Shown here: piece after piece, positions 19,365 to 28,530 of the stretch | Layout: every line of letters starts with the position of its first letter | Position numbering within the stretch: position 1 is the first letter of the stretch | DNA from: Hyphomicrobiales bacterium | GTDB taxonomy: Bacteria > Pseudomonadota > Alphaproteobacteria > Rhizobiales > Aestuariivirgaceae | Assembly (NCBI GenBank): GCA_031431065.1 | Contig: JANPCS010000269.1 | Location: 1-46,395, forward strand | Length of the DNA: 46,395 nucleotides | Direction: 5' to 3' | Translations under genes and position numbers: made by a program | The notes under the pieces: model-generated | Told to the model about the DNA's origin: nothing | What the model saw: only the letters and a program-made list of their open reading frames with translations | Databases searched by the model: none

Positions 19365-19458
19365 GATGTTTCCTCCTGTGATGCCAGTCCTGCCGGGTGG
19401 GACGTTGCCCGTACTCAGGCCGCGCCTGCGTGGCGGCTTGATTGCAAGTGAACACCTA

Positions 19459-19601
19459 GAGGTCAACCAATGTCAACGGCGAATTTGGCGAAGGAACAGC
19501 TTAGGAATTACAGTCGCGGCCGCTTTCCAAATCCGCAAGACTTTCTACGAATTGACAAAGCGAACCGTCCTTGGGCAGTATCCCATAAATGGTTGGCCAT
19601 T
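19459..19601. promoter_or_regulatory. Divergent promoter region with two candidate FadR/GntR-type sites
   Basis: AATGGTTGGCCATT (19588-19601) and minus-strand ATTGGTTGACC (19461-19471); TTGACA on minus (19471-19476) and plus (19552-19557). Confidence 0.4.
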
Positions 19602-19628
19602 AGACAGGCCTCGATACAAGGACCGGCA

Positions 19629-20705
19629 ATGGCAACGGTTTCACTTTCAGGTGTCGGTAAATCCTACGGCGCGGCGGAAGTGGTGCGCGGCATCGACCTC
19701 GACATTGCCGATGGTGAATTCATCGTCCTGGTTGGTCCGTCGGGCTGCGGCAAGTCGACAATCCTGCGGATGATTGCCGGACTGGAAGACATCACTCGGG
19801 GTGAAATCAGCATCGGCGGCAAGGCCGTCAACGAGTTGGAGGCCCGCGAGCGAAACCTCGCCATGGTTTTTCAGGACTATGCACTCTATCCCAACATGAC
19901 GGTTGAGGCGAACATCGGTTTTGGCCTCAAGATGAATGGCGTTCCAGCGGCTGCGCGTGCAGCGCGCGTGCGGGAAGTCGCGAAGCTCCTGCAGATCGAG
20001 CCCTATCTTGAACGCAAACCGCGCGCCCTCTCCGGCGGCCAGCGCCAGCGCGTCGCCATGGGCCGCGCGCTTGCACGGAAGGCCCAGCTCTTTCTGTTCG
20101 ATGAGCCGCTCTCCAATCTCGATGCCAAGCTGCGCATGGAAGTCCGTACACAGATCAAACTCCTGCATCGCGATCTCCGCATGACCTCGGTCTTCGTCAC
20201 CCACGACCAGACAGAGGCCATGACGCTTGCCGATCGGATCGTCTGCCTTGAAAACGGCAGCATCGCGCAGGAGGGTACACCGGAAGAACTCTATGCGCGG
20301 CCCGTCAATTTGTTTGTGGCAAGCTTCATCGGTTCGCCGCAGATCAACCTCCTGCCCGCCACCATCATCAGCGGAGCACTACGATTGGCCGATGGGCAAG
20401 TAATCAAGCCGGCAGAACCCCAAGCACTGGAAGACGGGCGTTCCGTCCTGGCGGGCTTGCGGCCGGAAGACTTGACGGACGAGTCACGCATGAGCTCGAT
20501 GACCAGCCCGCAGTCCTTGCAGTTCGATTATCTCGTCCCGGAAACTCTGGGCTCGGACACCTATCTGATTGGAGATATTGCCGGCACGCGTGTGACCGCG
20601 CGCTGCGCACCGGTGACGCGGCCCAAGGCAGGCGCCAGGATCACGCTGCACGCTGACACCAGTCACCTTCATCTCTTCGATCCGCACACCCAACAACGCA
20701 TCTGA
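19629..20705 (+). CDS. Carbohydrate ABC ATPase (MalK/UgpC-like)
   Basis: GPSGCGKS, LSGGQRQR, FLFDEPLSNLDAKLR, VTHDQ. Confidence 0.94.
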   Translation: MATVSLSGVGKSYGAAEVVRGIDLDIADGEFIVLVGPSGCGKSTILRMIAGLEDITRGEISIGGKAVNELEARERNLAMVFQDYALYPNMTVEANIGFGLKMNGVPAAARAARVREVAKLLQIEPYLERKPRALSGGQRQRVAMGRALARKAQLFLFDEPLSNLDAKLRMEVRTQIKLLHRDLRMTSVFVTHDQTEAMTLADRIVCLENGSIAQEGTPEELYARPVNLFVASFIGSPQINLLPATIISGALRLADGQVIKPAEPQALEDGRSVLAGLRPEDLTDESRMSSMTSPQSLQFDYLVPETLGSDTYLIGDIAGTRVTARCAPVTRPKAGARITLHADTSHLHLFDPHTQQRI

Positions 20706-20712
20706 TACCTCC

Positions 20713-21747
20713 ATGCCGATCAGGCCAAAAGACATCAAAGCCTTCCGCACCGCCTTAGGCCGCAACCTGCTCGCCGAAATTCCAAACTTCGTGGCTTGTC
20801 CCTATCTCGTCGTCACCATGGAAGACCTTTGGCCGCAACTGAAGGCGCAGTTTCCGGACGGCCAAGCGGTGTACTTCGTGCGCAGCATGGAGCGCGCCGA
20901 TCTTGAATCCGCCCTGCCCGGGATCAAGCCCTATGCTTCCGTCATCGGCCTTGGCGGCGGCCAAGCCATCGATGCCGCGAAGTATTTCGCTTGGCGACTG
21001 GACCTGAAACTGCACCAGTTCCCCACATCGCTGTCCGTCGATGCCATGTATGGCCATCGCGCCGGTGTGCGCGACAATCGGGCCGTGCGCTATGCCGGCT
21101 GGGCCATTCCCGAATGCGTCTACTTCGACTACGGCATACTGGAAGCGGCGCCCAGTCATATCAACCGCGCCGGCATTGGCGATGTCTTCTGCTTCTTCAC
21201 CGGCGTGTGGGATTGGCAATATGCCAACCGCACCGGCAAGTGCGAAGTACGCTGGCCCTATGACGAAGGGCTGGCCGCCCAGTCATTGCAGCTGGCGGAA
21301 GCCGCACTCCATGGCAAACAAGCCATCCGTGATCTGACACCGGAAGGTCTCGACCTCATCATCGACGCTTTCAAGTGGGGTGGCGCCTCCTATCACGGTG
21401 CAGGCTGGTGCCCGCGCCACATTGAGGGCGTTGAGCATTTCATTTTCTACGCGCTCGAAGCCCGCACTGGCATCAAGTTCCTGCACGGCCAAGCCGTCTG
21501 CCTCGGCCTCATCGCCGGAGCGGCGATGCATGAGCGAAGAGCCGGGGAACTGCGCCAAGCCGTGGCCGACATCGGCGTCGACATCCGGCCGCAAAGCATG
21601 GGGCTGACCTGGGAGGACGTGGACGCGACATTGCTGGGATTGCGCAGCTTCGTGCGCGACAACAATCTGCCCTATGGAATTGCTCATGATCTTGAAGTCG
21701 ATCGCGTTTTTCTTGAGAGATTTAGGCGGACCGTTGACGCGGCCTAA
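20713..21747 (+). CDS. Glycerol-1-phosphate/glycerol dehydrogenase-like protein, paralogue B
   Basis: GLGGGQAIDAAKY, PTSLSVDA, GIGD, EGVEH, LHGQAV. Confidence 0.82.
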   Translation: MPIRPKDIKAFRTALGRNLLAEIPNFVACPYLVVTMEDLWPQLKAQFPDGQAVYFVRSMERADLESALPGIKPYASVIGLGGGQAIDAAKYFAWRLDLKLHQFPTSLSVDAMYGHRAGVRDNRAVRYAGWAIPECVYFDYGILEAAPSHINRAGIGDVFCFFTGVWDWQYANRTGKCEVRWPYDEGLAAQSLQLAEAALHGKQAIRDLTPEGLDLIIDAFKWGGASYHGAGWCPRHIEGVEHFIFYALEARTGIKFLHGQAVCLGLIAGAAMHERRAGELRQAVADIGVDIRPQSMGLTWEDVDATLLGLRSFVRDNNLPYGIAHDLEVDRVFLERFRRTVDAA

Positions 21748-23336
21748 TCCGCCGCAGTCACTATCCGGTCGGCTATCTTCTCCGCCACCATCATGATCGG
21801 GGCCTGGATATTCGCTGTGGGCACGCGCGGCATGATGGAGCCGTCGATGACCCGTAAACCCTCAATGCCATGCACGCGGCCCTCGCCGTCGGTGACGGCC
21901 ATCTTGTCCGTGCCCATGCGGCAGGTGCCGGCGGGATGGTGTTCGGTGTTGGCGTTGTTGCGCAGCCAGCCGGTGATGCCGGCATCGCTGGCGCCGTCGA
22001 GATTAGGATCAAGAGAGGCGGTGCGGAAGTCGTCCCAGGGTTTCTGCGCGGCCATCTCGCGGGTGCGCTTGATGCCATCCACCATTTCTTTCACATCGCG
22101 CGCATCGTCGAGATAGTTGAAGTGAATGGCCGGATGGGCCCGGGGGTCCGCTGATTTCAAGCGAATGCGGCCGCGGCTGTAGGGGCGCATCTGGCTGACG
22201 AAATACTGGAAGCCATCGCCTAGCACCACCTTGCCATCCTGAAAATCCGCGAGAAAGCCCAGGAACTCATGCTGCATGTTGATGTAGGGTGCGCCCGAAC
22301 CACTGTCGAAGAAAGACCCGACTTCAAAGAAGTTCGATGCGCCGAGGCCACGCTTGAACAGCAGCCACTCCAGGCCGATCCGGGCACGGCCCATCATTCC
22401 AAGTTTGTTGCTGATCGAGACGGGCTTGTTGCAACCGTAGCGCAGCGGCGCCACGATGTGGTCCTGCAGATTTTCACCCACGCCCGGTAAATCCCGCGCG
22501 GCCGCGATGCCATGTTCGCGCAAGTGATCGGCGGGCCCGATGCCGGAGAGCATCAGCAACTGCGGCGAGGCGATGGTGCCGGTCGAAAGAATCACCTCGC
22601 GGCGCGCTTCGATCATCATCGTGCGGCTGCCGATCACGCACTCAACACCGGCGGTCCGCAAACCATCGAGGCGCAGCTTGGTAACAAAGACATCGGTCTT
22701 GATCGTCAGATTGGCGCGGCCCATTGCCGGCTTGAGATAAGCTTCGGCGGCACTGCAGCGCACGCCATTGCGGATATTGGCTTGCGTCAGATGCGTGCCG
22801 TCTTGCGGGCCGCTGTTATAGTCGCGTGCCTGCGGCAAGCCCCAGGCCTCGCCGGCCCGCAGGAAGCGCTCATAGAACACATGATCGCCCTTGCTCTCCA
22901 CAATGCTCATCGGGCCATCGCGGCCGCGCTCTGGTGTCGGCGCGCCGAGCCAGGTTTCGAGTTTCTTGAAATAGGGCAAGCACTCCGCATAGGACCAGCC
23001 CATGAGGCCGAAGTCTTTCCAGCCGTCATAGTCCTTGGGGTTGCCGCGCACCCAGACCATGCCGTTGATTGCCGAACTTCCACCAAGGCCGCGCCCACGG
23101 GCCTGGCCCAGACGGCGGTTATTCAGATGCGGTTCGGGTTCGCTTGCGTAGCGCCAATTGTAGATCTTGCTCTCGATCGGGTAGGTCAATGCGGCAGGCA
23201 TGCGGATCGTGAGAGCGTCGGCAACGGGGCCGGCCTCCAATAGGCACACGGTCACATCCTTTTTAGCCGAGAGCCGGTTGGCGAGAACACAGCCTGCCGA
23301 ACCGGCGCCGGCAATCACATAATCATAGGCAGCCAT
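21744..23336 (-). CDS. GMC family FAD oxidoreductase (second copy)
   Basis: GAGSAG, RGRGLGGSSAINGM, VGENLQDH, HHPAGTCRMG. Confidence 0.92.
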   Translation of the reverse strand: MAAYDYVIAGAGSAGCVLANRLSAKKDVTVCLLEAGPVADALTIRMPAALTYPIESKIYNWRYASEPEPHLNNRRLGQARGRGLGGSSAINGMVWVRGNPKDYDGWKDFGLMGWSYAECLPYFKKLETWLGAPTPERGRDGPMSIVESKGDHVFYERFLRAGEAWGLPQARDYNSGPQDGTHLTQANIRNGVRCSAAEAYLKPAMGRANLTIKTDVFVTKLRLDGLRTAGVECVIGSRTMMIEARREVILSTGTIASPQLLMLSGIGPADHLREHGIAAARDLPGVGENLQDHIVAPLRYGCNKPVSISNKLGMMGRARIGLEWLLFKRGLGASNFFEVGSFFDSGSGAPYINMQHEFLGFLADFQDGKVVLGDGFQYFVSQMRPYSRGRIRLKSADPRAHPAIHFNYLDDARDVKEMVDGIKRTREMAAQKPWDDFRTASLDPNLDGASDAGITGWLRNNANTEHHPAGTCRMGTDKMAVTDGEGRVHGIEGLRVIDGSIMPRVPTANIQAPIMMVAEKIADRIVTAAD

Positions 23337-23442
23337 ATCAAACGATACCCGTGACCTTGGTGGCGTTGAGGACATTACCCGCAGCGGAGCCACCAGCTTC
23401 CGCCAACGGAAATTGCGGCAACCGGATGAGGATCGCTTCCAT

Positions 23443-23553
23443 CGGCGGGTTCAGGTCTGACAGGGAAACTTCGCCCGCGAATGAAGCCTTCACCGGACCA
23501 ACCTTGATGACCACCGCCGCCTTCATTTCGGTGGGCGAGACAACGTCAATCAC
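23443..23553 (-). pseudogene. coxG: Internal fragment of a CoxG/SRPBCC protein
   Basis: SPTEMKAAVVIKVGPVKASFAGEVSLSDLNPP, characteristic of CoxG; flanks unrelated. Confidence 0.7.
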
Positions 23554-23951
23554 CTGCTACAAGCCCATGCGAGTGCGGCAACCCCAACCATGAGAGCTGT
23601 TCAACGGAACCGTACATGCAGCAAATATGAACGAACGGAGAAACATTTACAAATCGGCTGTTTGCTTGGACAGATGCCATGAAAACCTGGCGGCCAGCCA
23701 TAGCCGGCGGCCCATGCTCTGCCATTGGCTTGGACGAATGCTGCAAGTGCAGCGCGGGCCGGAGCCGCCACCGTTGTGGGTTGGATGCAAGACATTTCGG
23801 AAGTTCGTGCTTTCTGGCGTTCAGGCAGGAGCGGCCAGCAGCGCTTCATACGCGGCAGCCCAACCGGCCAGTGGCTTCGCGATGGTCATGTTTCTCTCAA
23901 GAAGAGGACAAGTGGATTTTCCCGTTGCCGCCTCCGCTCCGAACAGCGGCG

Positions 23952-24134
23952 CACCAGCAGCCGCGTATCTTCCTGTTCGATGAAGCGCTGTCCAATCTTG
24001 ATGCGGCGTTGCGCGTGCAAACGCGCATTGCGTTCTCGCGCCTGCATAAGGATGTGAATGCGACGATGATTTACGTTACCTATCACCTAGTTGAAGCGAT
24101 GACGCTTGCCGACAGAATTGTGGTCATGCGCGCC
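23952..24134 (+). pseudogene. Internal fragment of a MalK-like ABC ATPase
   Basis: [22 protein letters not shown]...[22 protein letters not shown]; no Walker A or signature motif. Confidence 0.8.
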
Positions 24135-24312
24135 GAAACCGCGAAAGGCAGGGAGAGGATATTCCAGGCGGAGTTGGACAGCTCATTGGCCAAGCTCGCG
24201 GGTTTTTGTTTGGCGAGCCTTTATCTTTTTGGCAGCCGGCGGGTGCGCCATTGAAATCAAGGGCAACTGCTATCTGCTGGTACAAATTCTTCAAACGGGA
24301 TAGGAGCATCCC

Positions 24313-24600
24313 ATGTGTTCGGCGTGCGGATACCCGGCAGCCCCGGGCCATTGGACGGAAGCTGGTGCCGCGAGCATCGGTGACCGGCTGCGCTCGCGGT
24401 TTCGCCAGGCTCAGGTTCTGAAGCGGGTTCTGGCGCCCTATGGCCTGCAAGCCCATGATGGCGGGTTGGTGCCCGGCATTCAACTTGCGACGCAAACGGG
24501 AGATCAGGCCATCGTGCGCGATTTGACCGCGGTCTGGGCCGCCGCGGAGAAGATGAGCGGCAAAGCCGTCGATCCCCTGGCGCCCTGCTTTGTTGGCTGA
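24313..24600 (+). CDS. Small hypothetical protein with N-terminal CxxC (MCSACG)
   Basis: AGGAG RBS, 95 aa, stop 3 bp before the GTPase ORF. Confidence 0.7.
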   Translation: MCSACGYPAAPGHWTEAGAASIGDRLRSRFRQAQVLKRVLAPYGLQAHDGGLVPGIQLATQTGDQAIVRDLTAVWAAAEKMSGKAVDPLAPCFVG

Positions 24601-24603
24601 CCG

Positions 24604-25590
24604 GTGAACCAGGCGGAGGGGCAAGAAAAGCCCGAGGGGCGCATGCGGCTCTCCGTGCTGGGCGGCTATCTGGGCTCGGGCAAGACAACCTGGCTTCGCC
24701 ATCAACTGCATGCAGGCGGGTTCAAGGACGCATTTGTGATCGTCAATGAAGCGGCGGAAACGCCGGTTGACGACGCCCTGCTGCAGAACGCATCGCGGCT
24801 CGCAGTTCTGGCGGGCGGTTGCGCCTGCTGCACTGGCAAGGCCGAGTTCATTGCCTGTCTGCGCCAGCTTTGTGACGAGCGCAGCAAACTGGCTTCCAAT
24901 GAGGCACGCCTTGAACGCATCGTCCTCGAGACCAGCGGTCTTGCTGACCCGGGCCCCATCGTCGAGGCCATTCGCAGCGATCCGGTTCTGGTTCACCACA
25001 TCATTGTGAGTGAGGTGCTGGTCACCGTCGATGCGCTGCACGCCCTCGAGCAGCTGCGCAGCGAGCCGCTGGGCCGGCGGCAAATCGAAATCGCCGATTG
25101 CTTCATGATCACCAGACTCGACGAAGCGCCCGAGAGCGATGTGCGGAAGTTATTGGCAACGCTGCAGGTCATGAATCCCGGCGCGGCCATGTTCGGCTCG
25201 GTCAAAGGCAGCGAGGCGGCCCTTCCCGATTTTGCCGATGCTGAACCTGAAAACCTGTTGCCGCTCTCCGGAAGTGATGATCAGCCGCCGATCTTTCCGG
25301 CGCGCATTGTCATCGACGAGACAATCGACTGGACGGCCTTCAGCGTTTGGCTTTCGGCACTATTGCATGCGCGCGGCAACGATGTGGTGCGGGTCAAAGG
25401 CGTGGTGCGCACACCTGCCGGGCGCCTGCTGGTGCAAACGGTCCGCAAGATCGTGCAGTCGCCTGAGATTCTACCGGAACAGGACGGCCGCCCGGACCGC
25501 GAGGACAATGTCATCGTTGTCATCGGGCGCGGTTATGAGGCGGAGGCCTTGACGAAGTCGCTGCGCTACTTTGCCGGCACTTCACCTTAG
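24604..25590 (+). CDS. COG0523/CobW-family G3E GTPase metallochaperone
   Basis: GYLGSGKT, VNE, GGCACC (CxCC), LETSGLADP, RVKG C-domain; start may be ATG 24643. Confidence 0.9.
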   Translation: MNQAEGQEKPEGRMRLSVLGGYLGSGKTTWLRHQLHAGGFKDAFVIVNEAAETPVDDALLQNASRLAVLAGGCACCTGKAEFIACLRQLCDERSKLASNEARLERIVLETSGLADPGPIVEAIRSDPVLVHHIIVSEVLVTVDALHALEQLRSEPLGRRQIEIADCFMITRLDEAPESDVRKLLATLQVMNPGAAMFGSVKGSEAALPDFADAEPENLLPLSGSDDQPPIFPARIVIDETIDWTAFSVWLSALLHARGNDVVRVKGVVRTPAGRLLVQTVRKIVQSPEILPEQDGRPDREDNVIVVIGRGYEAEALTKSLRYFAGTSP

Positions 25591-25612
25591 TCTACGACAA
25601 GAGGGTTCAGAC

Positions 25613-25690
25613 ATGACACGGCCACCATTGCTTGAGGAAACGCTGCTTTCACCCGAGCAAAGACTGATCTTCGACAGGATCTCATCGCCC
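25613..25690 (+). pseudogene. N-terminal fragment of a probable carboxymuconolactone-decarboxylase/AhpD-like protein
   Basis: GAGG RBS then MTRPPLLEETLLSPEQRLIFDRISS, resembling CMD-like N-termini; truncated by the permease fragment. Confidence 0.45.
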
Positions 25691-25713
25691 CCAGCACGCT
25701 CTCGCCGTCATCC

Positions 25714-26621
25714 ATCCCGTCGCTGCTGATGGGGCTTGCCGTAGGTGCCGTGAACGGCATTATCATCACGCTGCTCAAGGTGCCATCGCTGGTAACGGCG
25801 ATCGGCGTCAACTCCGTTCTCTTCGGCATCACGCTTATGGTTTCGGAAAGCGTGCCGAACCAGGCGGCCCCGCAATTCACACAGTTCATCATCGGATTGA
25901 CCCTGGGCATCCCTAATTCCATCTGGATCGCCCTGCCGGCCGCCGCGGCTGCCTTGTTCATCATCGAGCGCACCAGCATCGGCCGGCGGTTTATCGCCAC
26001 CAGCGTCAGCCCGAAGGCGGCGCATGCGGTTGGTATCGCGGTCGAGCACTACCAAATCGCCATCAACATGGCAGCGGGCCTGTGTTACGCCATCGCCGCG
26101 GTGCTGCTGGCGGGTTTCCTTTCGGTACCAAGCCTATTCTGCGGCAACCCCTATATCCTGGCCAGCGTCGCAGCCATCGTGGTTGGCGGCAACTCGGTTG
26201 CAGGGGGCGCGCGCGGCAGTATTCTGGCGACCATCATCGGCGCAATCTTCCTGACTTTTCTTGGACAGCTGGTGTTGTCGGCCGGCATGGAACGCTCCAT
26301 GCAGAATGTGGTGGAAGCGTTGATCGTCATCGGCGGCGTCGGCCTGCCCATGTTGCTCAGGCGCAGCAAGGCGGCGGCGGTCGCCACGGCTCCAACGGCA
26401 ATTGCTGAGTCATCAGCAGCCAAAGCAGAATCGATGAGTGCGCCGGTCCTGCAGCTCGGAAGCATTCAAAAGTCATTTGGCGCTGTTCATGCCCTGAAAG
26501 GCGTGGACTTCGTGGCCTAACCGGGCGAGATCCATGCCATCGCCGGTGAGAACGGGGCCGGGAAGTCAACGATGATCGGCGTCGCCGCCGGCGTGCTGCG
26601 CGCTGATTCGGGTTCGATCCT
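25714..26621 (+). pseudogene. Fused sugar ABC permease-ATPase fragment
   Basis: RbsC-like GAVNGIIITLLKVPSLVTAIG, linker, IQKSFGAVHALKGVDF; TAA at 26518-26520, then in frame [17 protein letters not shown]; both ends missing. Confidence 0.82.
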
Positions 26622-27122
26622 GCGAACTTCCTGATGCCCAGGTGGGTGGCCACCCACAAGGCAAGTTATGGGGAGGGATGCAAACTTGGTGGAAAGCCCA
26701 TCGATATCAACAACTGGCGCGTGGCCAAGAGCATCTTTGTCGCGGCGGACGAGGCCACCGCACGCAACTATGCGCGTGGAACGCGCAGCCCTTATGTGCA
26801 TTACTACAATCCGCTGTTCACCAAACTGGTGCGGACCGGCCGCTCGAACCTGTTCAAGGAGGATCCGGACATGGCGGATTCAGCACTCACGCTCGACATG
26901 GTTCTGGGTCGTTGCGTTAGCCACGGAACGCCTGCACAAGTGGCCGAGCAGCTCCTGGAATTTCGCGCTGAAGTCGGGCCGTTCGGCACGCTGCTTTACG
27001 CCGGACATGACTGGGCCGACCCCGGTCTCGCCAAAACCTCGATGCGCCTGATGGCGGAGGACGTGATGCCAATGGTCAACAGGCATATCGGTCATGGCGT
27101 CCTCGCCGGGGCTGTTTCGTGA
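26622..27122 (+). pseudogene. C-terminal fragment of an LLM-class flavin-dependent oxidoreductase
   Basis: [12 protein letters not shown]...WRVAKSIFVA...HGTPAQVAEQLLEFRAEVGPFGTLL...SMRLMAEDVMP; N-terminal half absent. Confidence 0.75.
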
Positions 27123-27804
27123 ACAAAATGCAGTATGTCGATGGGCATGGAGCGCGGCTCGCATTCGCCAGTGATGGTGCCGCGCATTTGCCGTGGCTGG
27201 TTGTTTCGAATTCACTGGCGGCTGACCATAGGCTTTGGGATCCACAGTTGGCGGCCTTGACGCCGATCCGCCGTGTCGTCCGCTATGACACGCGCGGTCA
27301 CGGCAAGAGTTCGGCCGCCGCCGGACCATATGACTTCAAACTGCTGTGTGGCGACGCGATTGCCATCATGGTTCGCCTGGACATCGGTTCGGCTGATGTC
27401 CTTGGGCTGTCACTCGGTGGCATGACGGTGCTGGGACGGGCGGATCGAGGCGGTCCAGAGTGGTGGAATGACCGCCGTCGCCGAGGGCACGCTGGGCCGC
27501 TGGTTCACCGATGCCGCGCGGCACCGGCAGCCCGGGATCATCGCACATGCCCGCGAGATGATCCTGGCCACCTCGGGCAACGGATATCGCGGTTGTGCCG
27601 AGGCCATCAAGACTCTCGACTACCGCCGCCGCTTGCCGCAACTTAAGCGGACCCGGCGGCCGCACCCGAACCATGCGCGACATGGCAGATGCCACGCCAG
27701 ATTCGCAGTTTGAGATCATCGCCAATGCCGCTCACCTGGCGAACCTGGAAAATACCGCGCAGTTCACTCAGGTCATTTGCGCCTTTCTGAATGCCACTCC
27801 ATGA
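27119..27804 (+). pseudogene. pcaD: 3-oxoadipate enol-lactonase-like alpha/beta hydrolase pseudogene
   Basis: SNSL...WDPQ...RYDTRGHGKS...GLSLGGM, then frame changes/deletions near 27432 and 27645-27670, ending AAHLANLE. Confidence 0.8.
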
Positions 27805-27880
27805 GCCCCTGGCAGACAGCGGCGGCAAAGAACTTCCGCTTGTTTGACAACCGGTGCCGGGCCTCACGAAGCGTTTCCTC

Positions 27881-28393
27881 TCAGGTCTTTGCCCGCCACA
27901 GCCGGTGCGGCGTATCCTTCTCGTAACCCAGCTTGTCGAAACTGGCGATCTCCAGCACCTGTCCCCATGGCGCCTTGAAATAGACCCAGTTGAATCCGGC
28001 GAGCGGCCCTGAGTCGACGCTGTTCGGGCCATCGAGCATTTCAACGCCCATGGCTTTGAGCCGGTCGGCGGACGCGAAGACATCCTCGACCTCAAAGCAG
28101 ATATGCGTACCGCCCACTTCCGAACTGCGTTTTTGCGGCGCCGATTTATCTTCGCCGCTGTACTCGAAAAGCTCGACGCTGGTGCCGTTGCCGCAGCGCA
28201 GGAACACCAGGTCGCGGATGCGCGCATGCGGTGCGGCACCCAGTTTGCGCTCCATGAATGCGTTGTCGACGTCGAAGGCGCCGGTGTGGAACACTTCGAT
28301 GGCGCCAAACATTGTTTTGAAGAATTCAATCCCTTCGGCAATATTGGGCACCGTGATGCCGATGTGATGCATGCCGTAAACGATTTCCGCCAT
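27881..28393 (-). CDS. VOC family protein (metal-binding His/Glu type)
   Basis: HHIGITVPN, VELFEY, THICFEVED, VYFKAPWGQVLEI; AGGAGG RBS. Confidence 0.9.
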   Translation of the reverse strand: MAEIVYGMHHIGITVPNIAEGIEFFKTMFGAIEVFHTGAFDVDNAFMERKLGAAPHARIRDLVFLRCGNGTSVELFEYSGEDKSAPQKRSSEVGGTHICFEVEDVFASADRLKAMGVEMLDGPNSVDSGPLAGFNWVYFKAPWGQVLEIASFDKLGYEKDTPHRLWRAKT

Positions 28394-28530
28394 GGTGGAC
28401 CTCCTGATCCTGGTTTCAGAAATTGGAAATTACACCAGGAAGAGCGGAGAACAAGGGCCACTTGACCGGCAGGGCGCCGTGCGCCCAACTAGGCGATGCT
28501 TCCAGTAGGAAGACCTCAAGGCCGGCACTC

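Noticed and set aside
15083-21747. Archaeal-type ether lipid synthesis, or the ebo-type cyclase partner of EboE
   Set aside because: No prenyltransferases; genes sit in a sugar-uptake unit about 18 kb from eboE with no evidence of linkage
23560-23950. Several short overlapping ORFs
   Set aside because: No recognisable motifs; probably decayed or intergenic sequence
24140-24312. Cobalamin riboswitch or Zur box before the COG0523 pair; GGGAT-AGGAGC-ATCCC hairpin around the RBS
   Set aside because: No recognisable B12-box or Zur palindrome; a 5-bp stem is expected by chance
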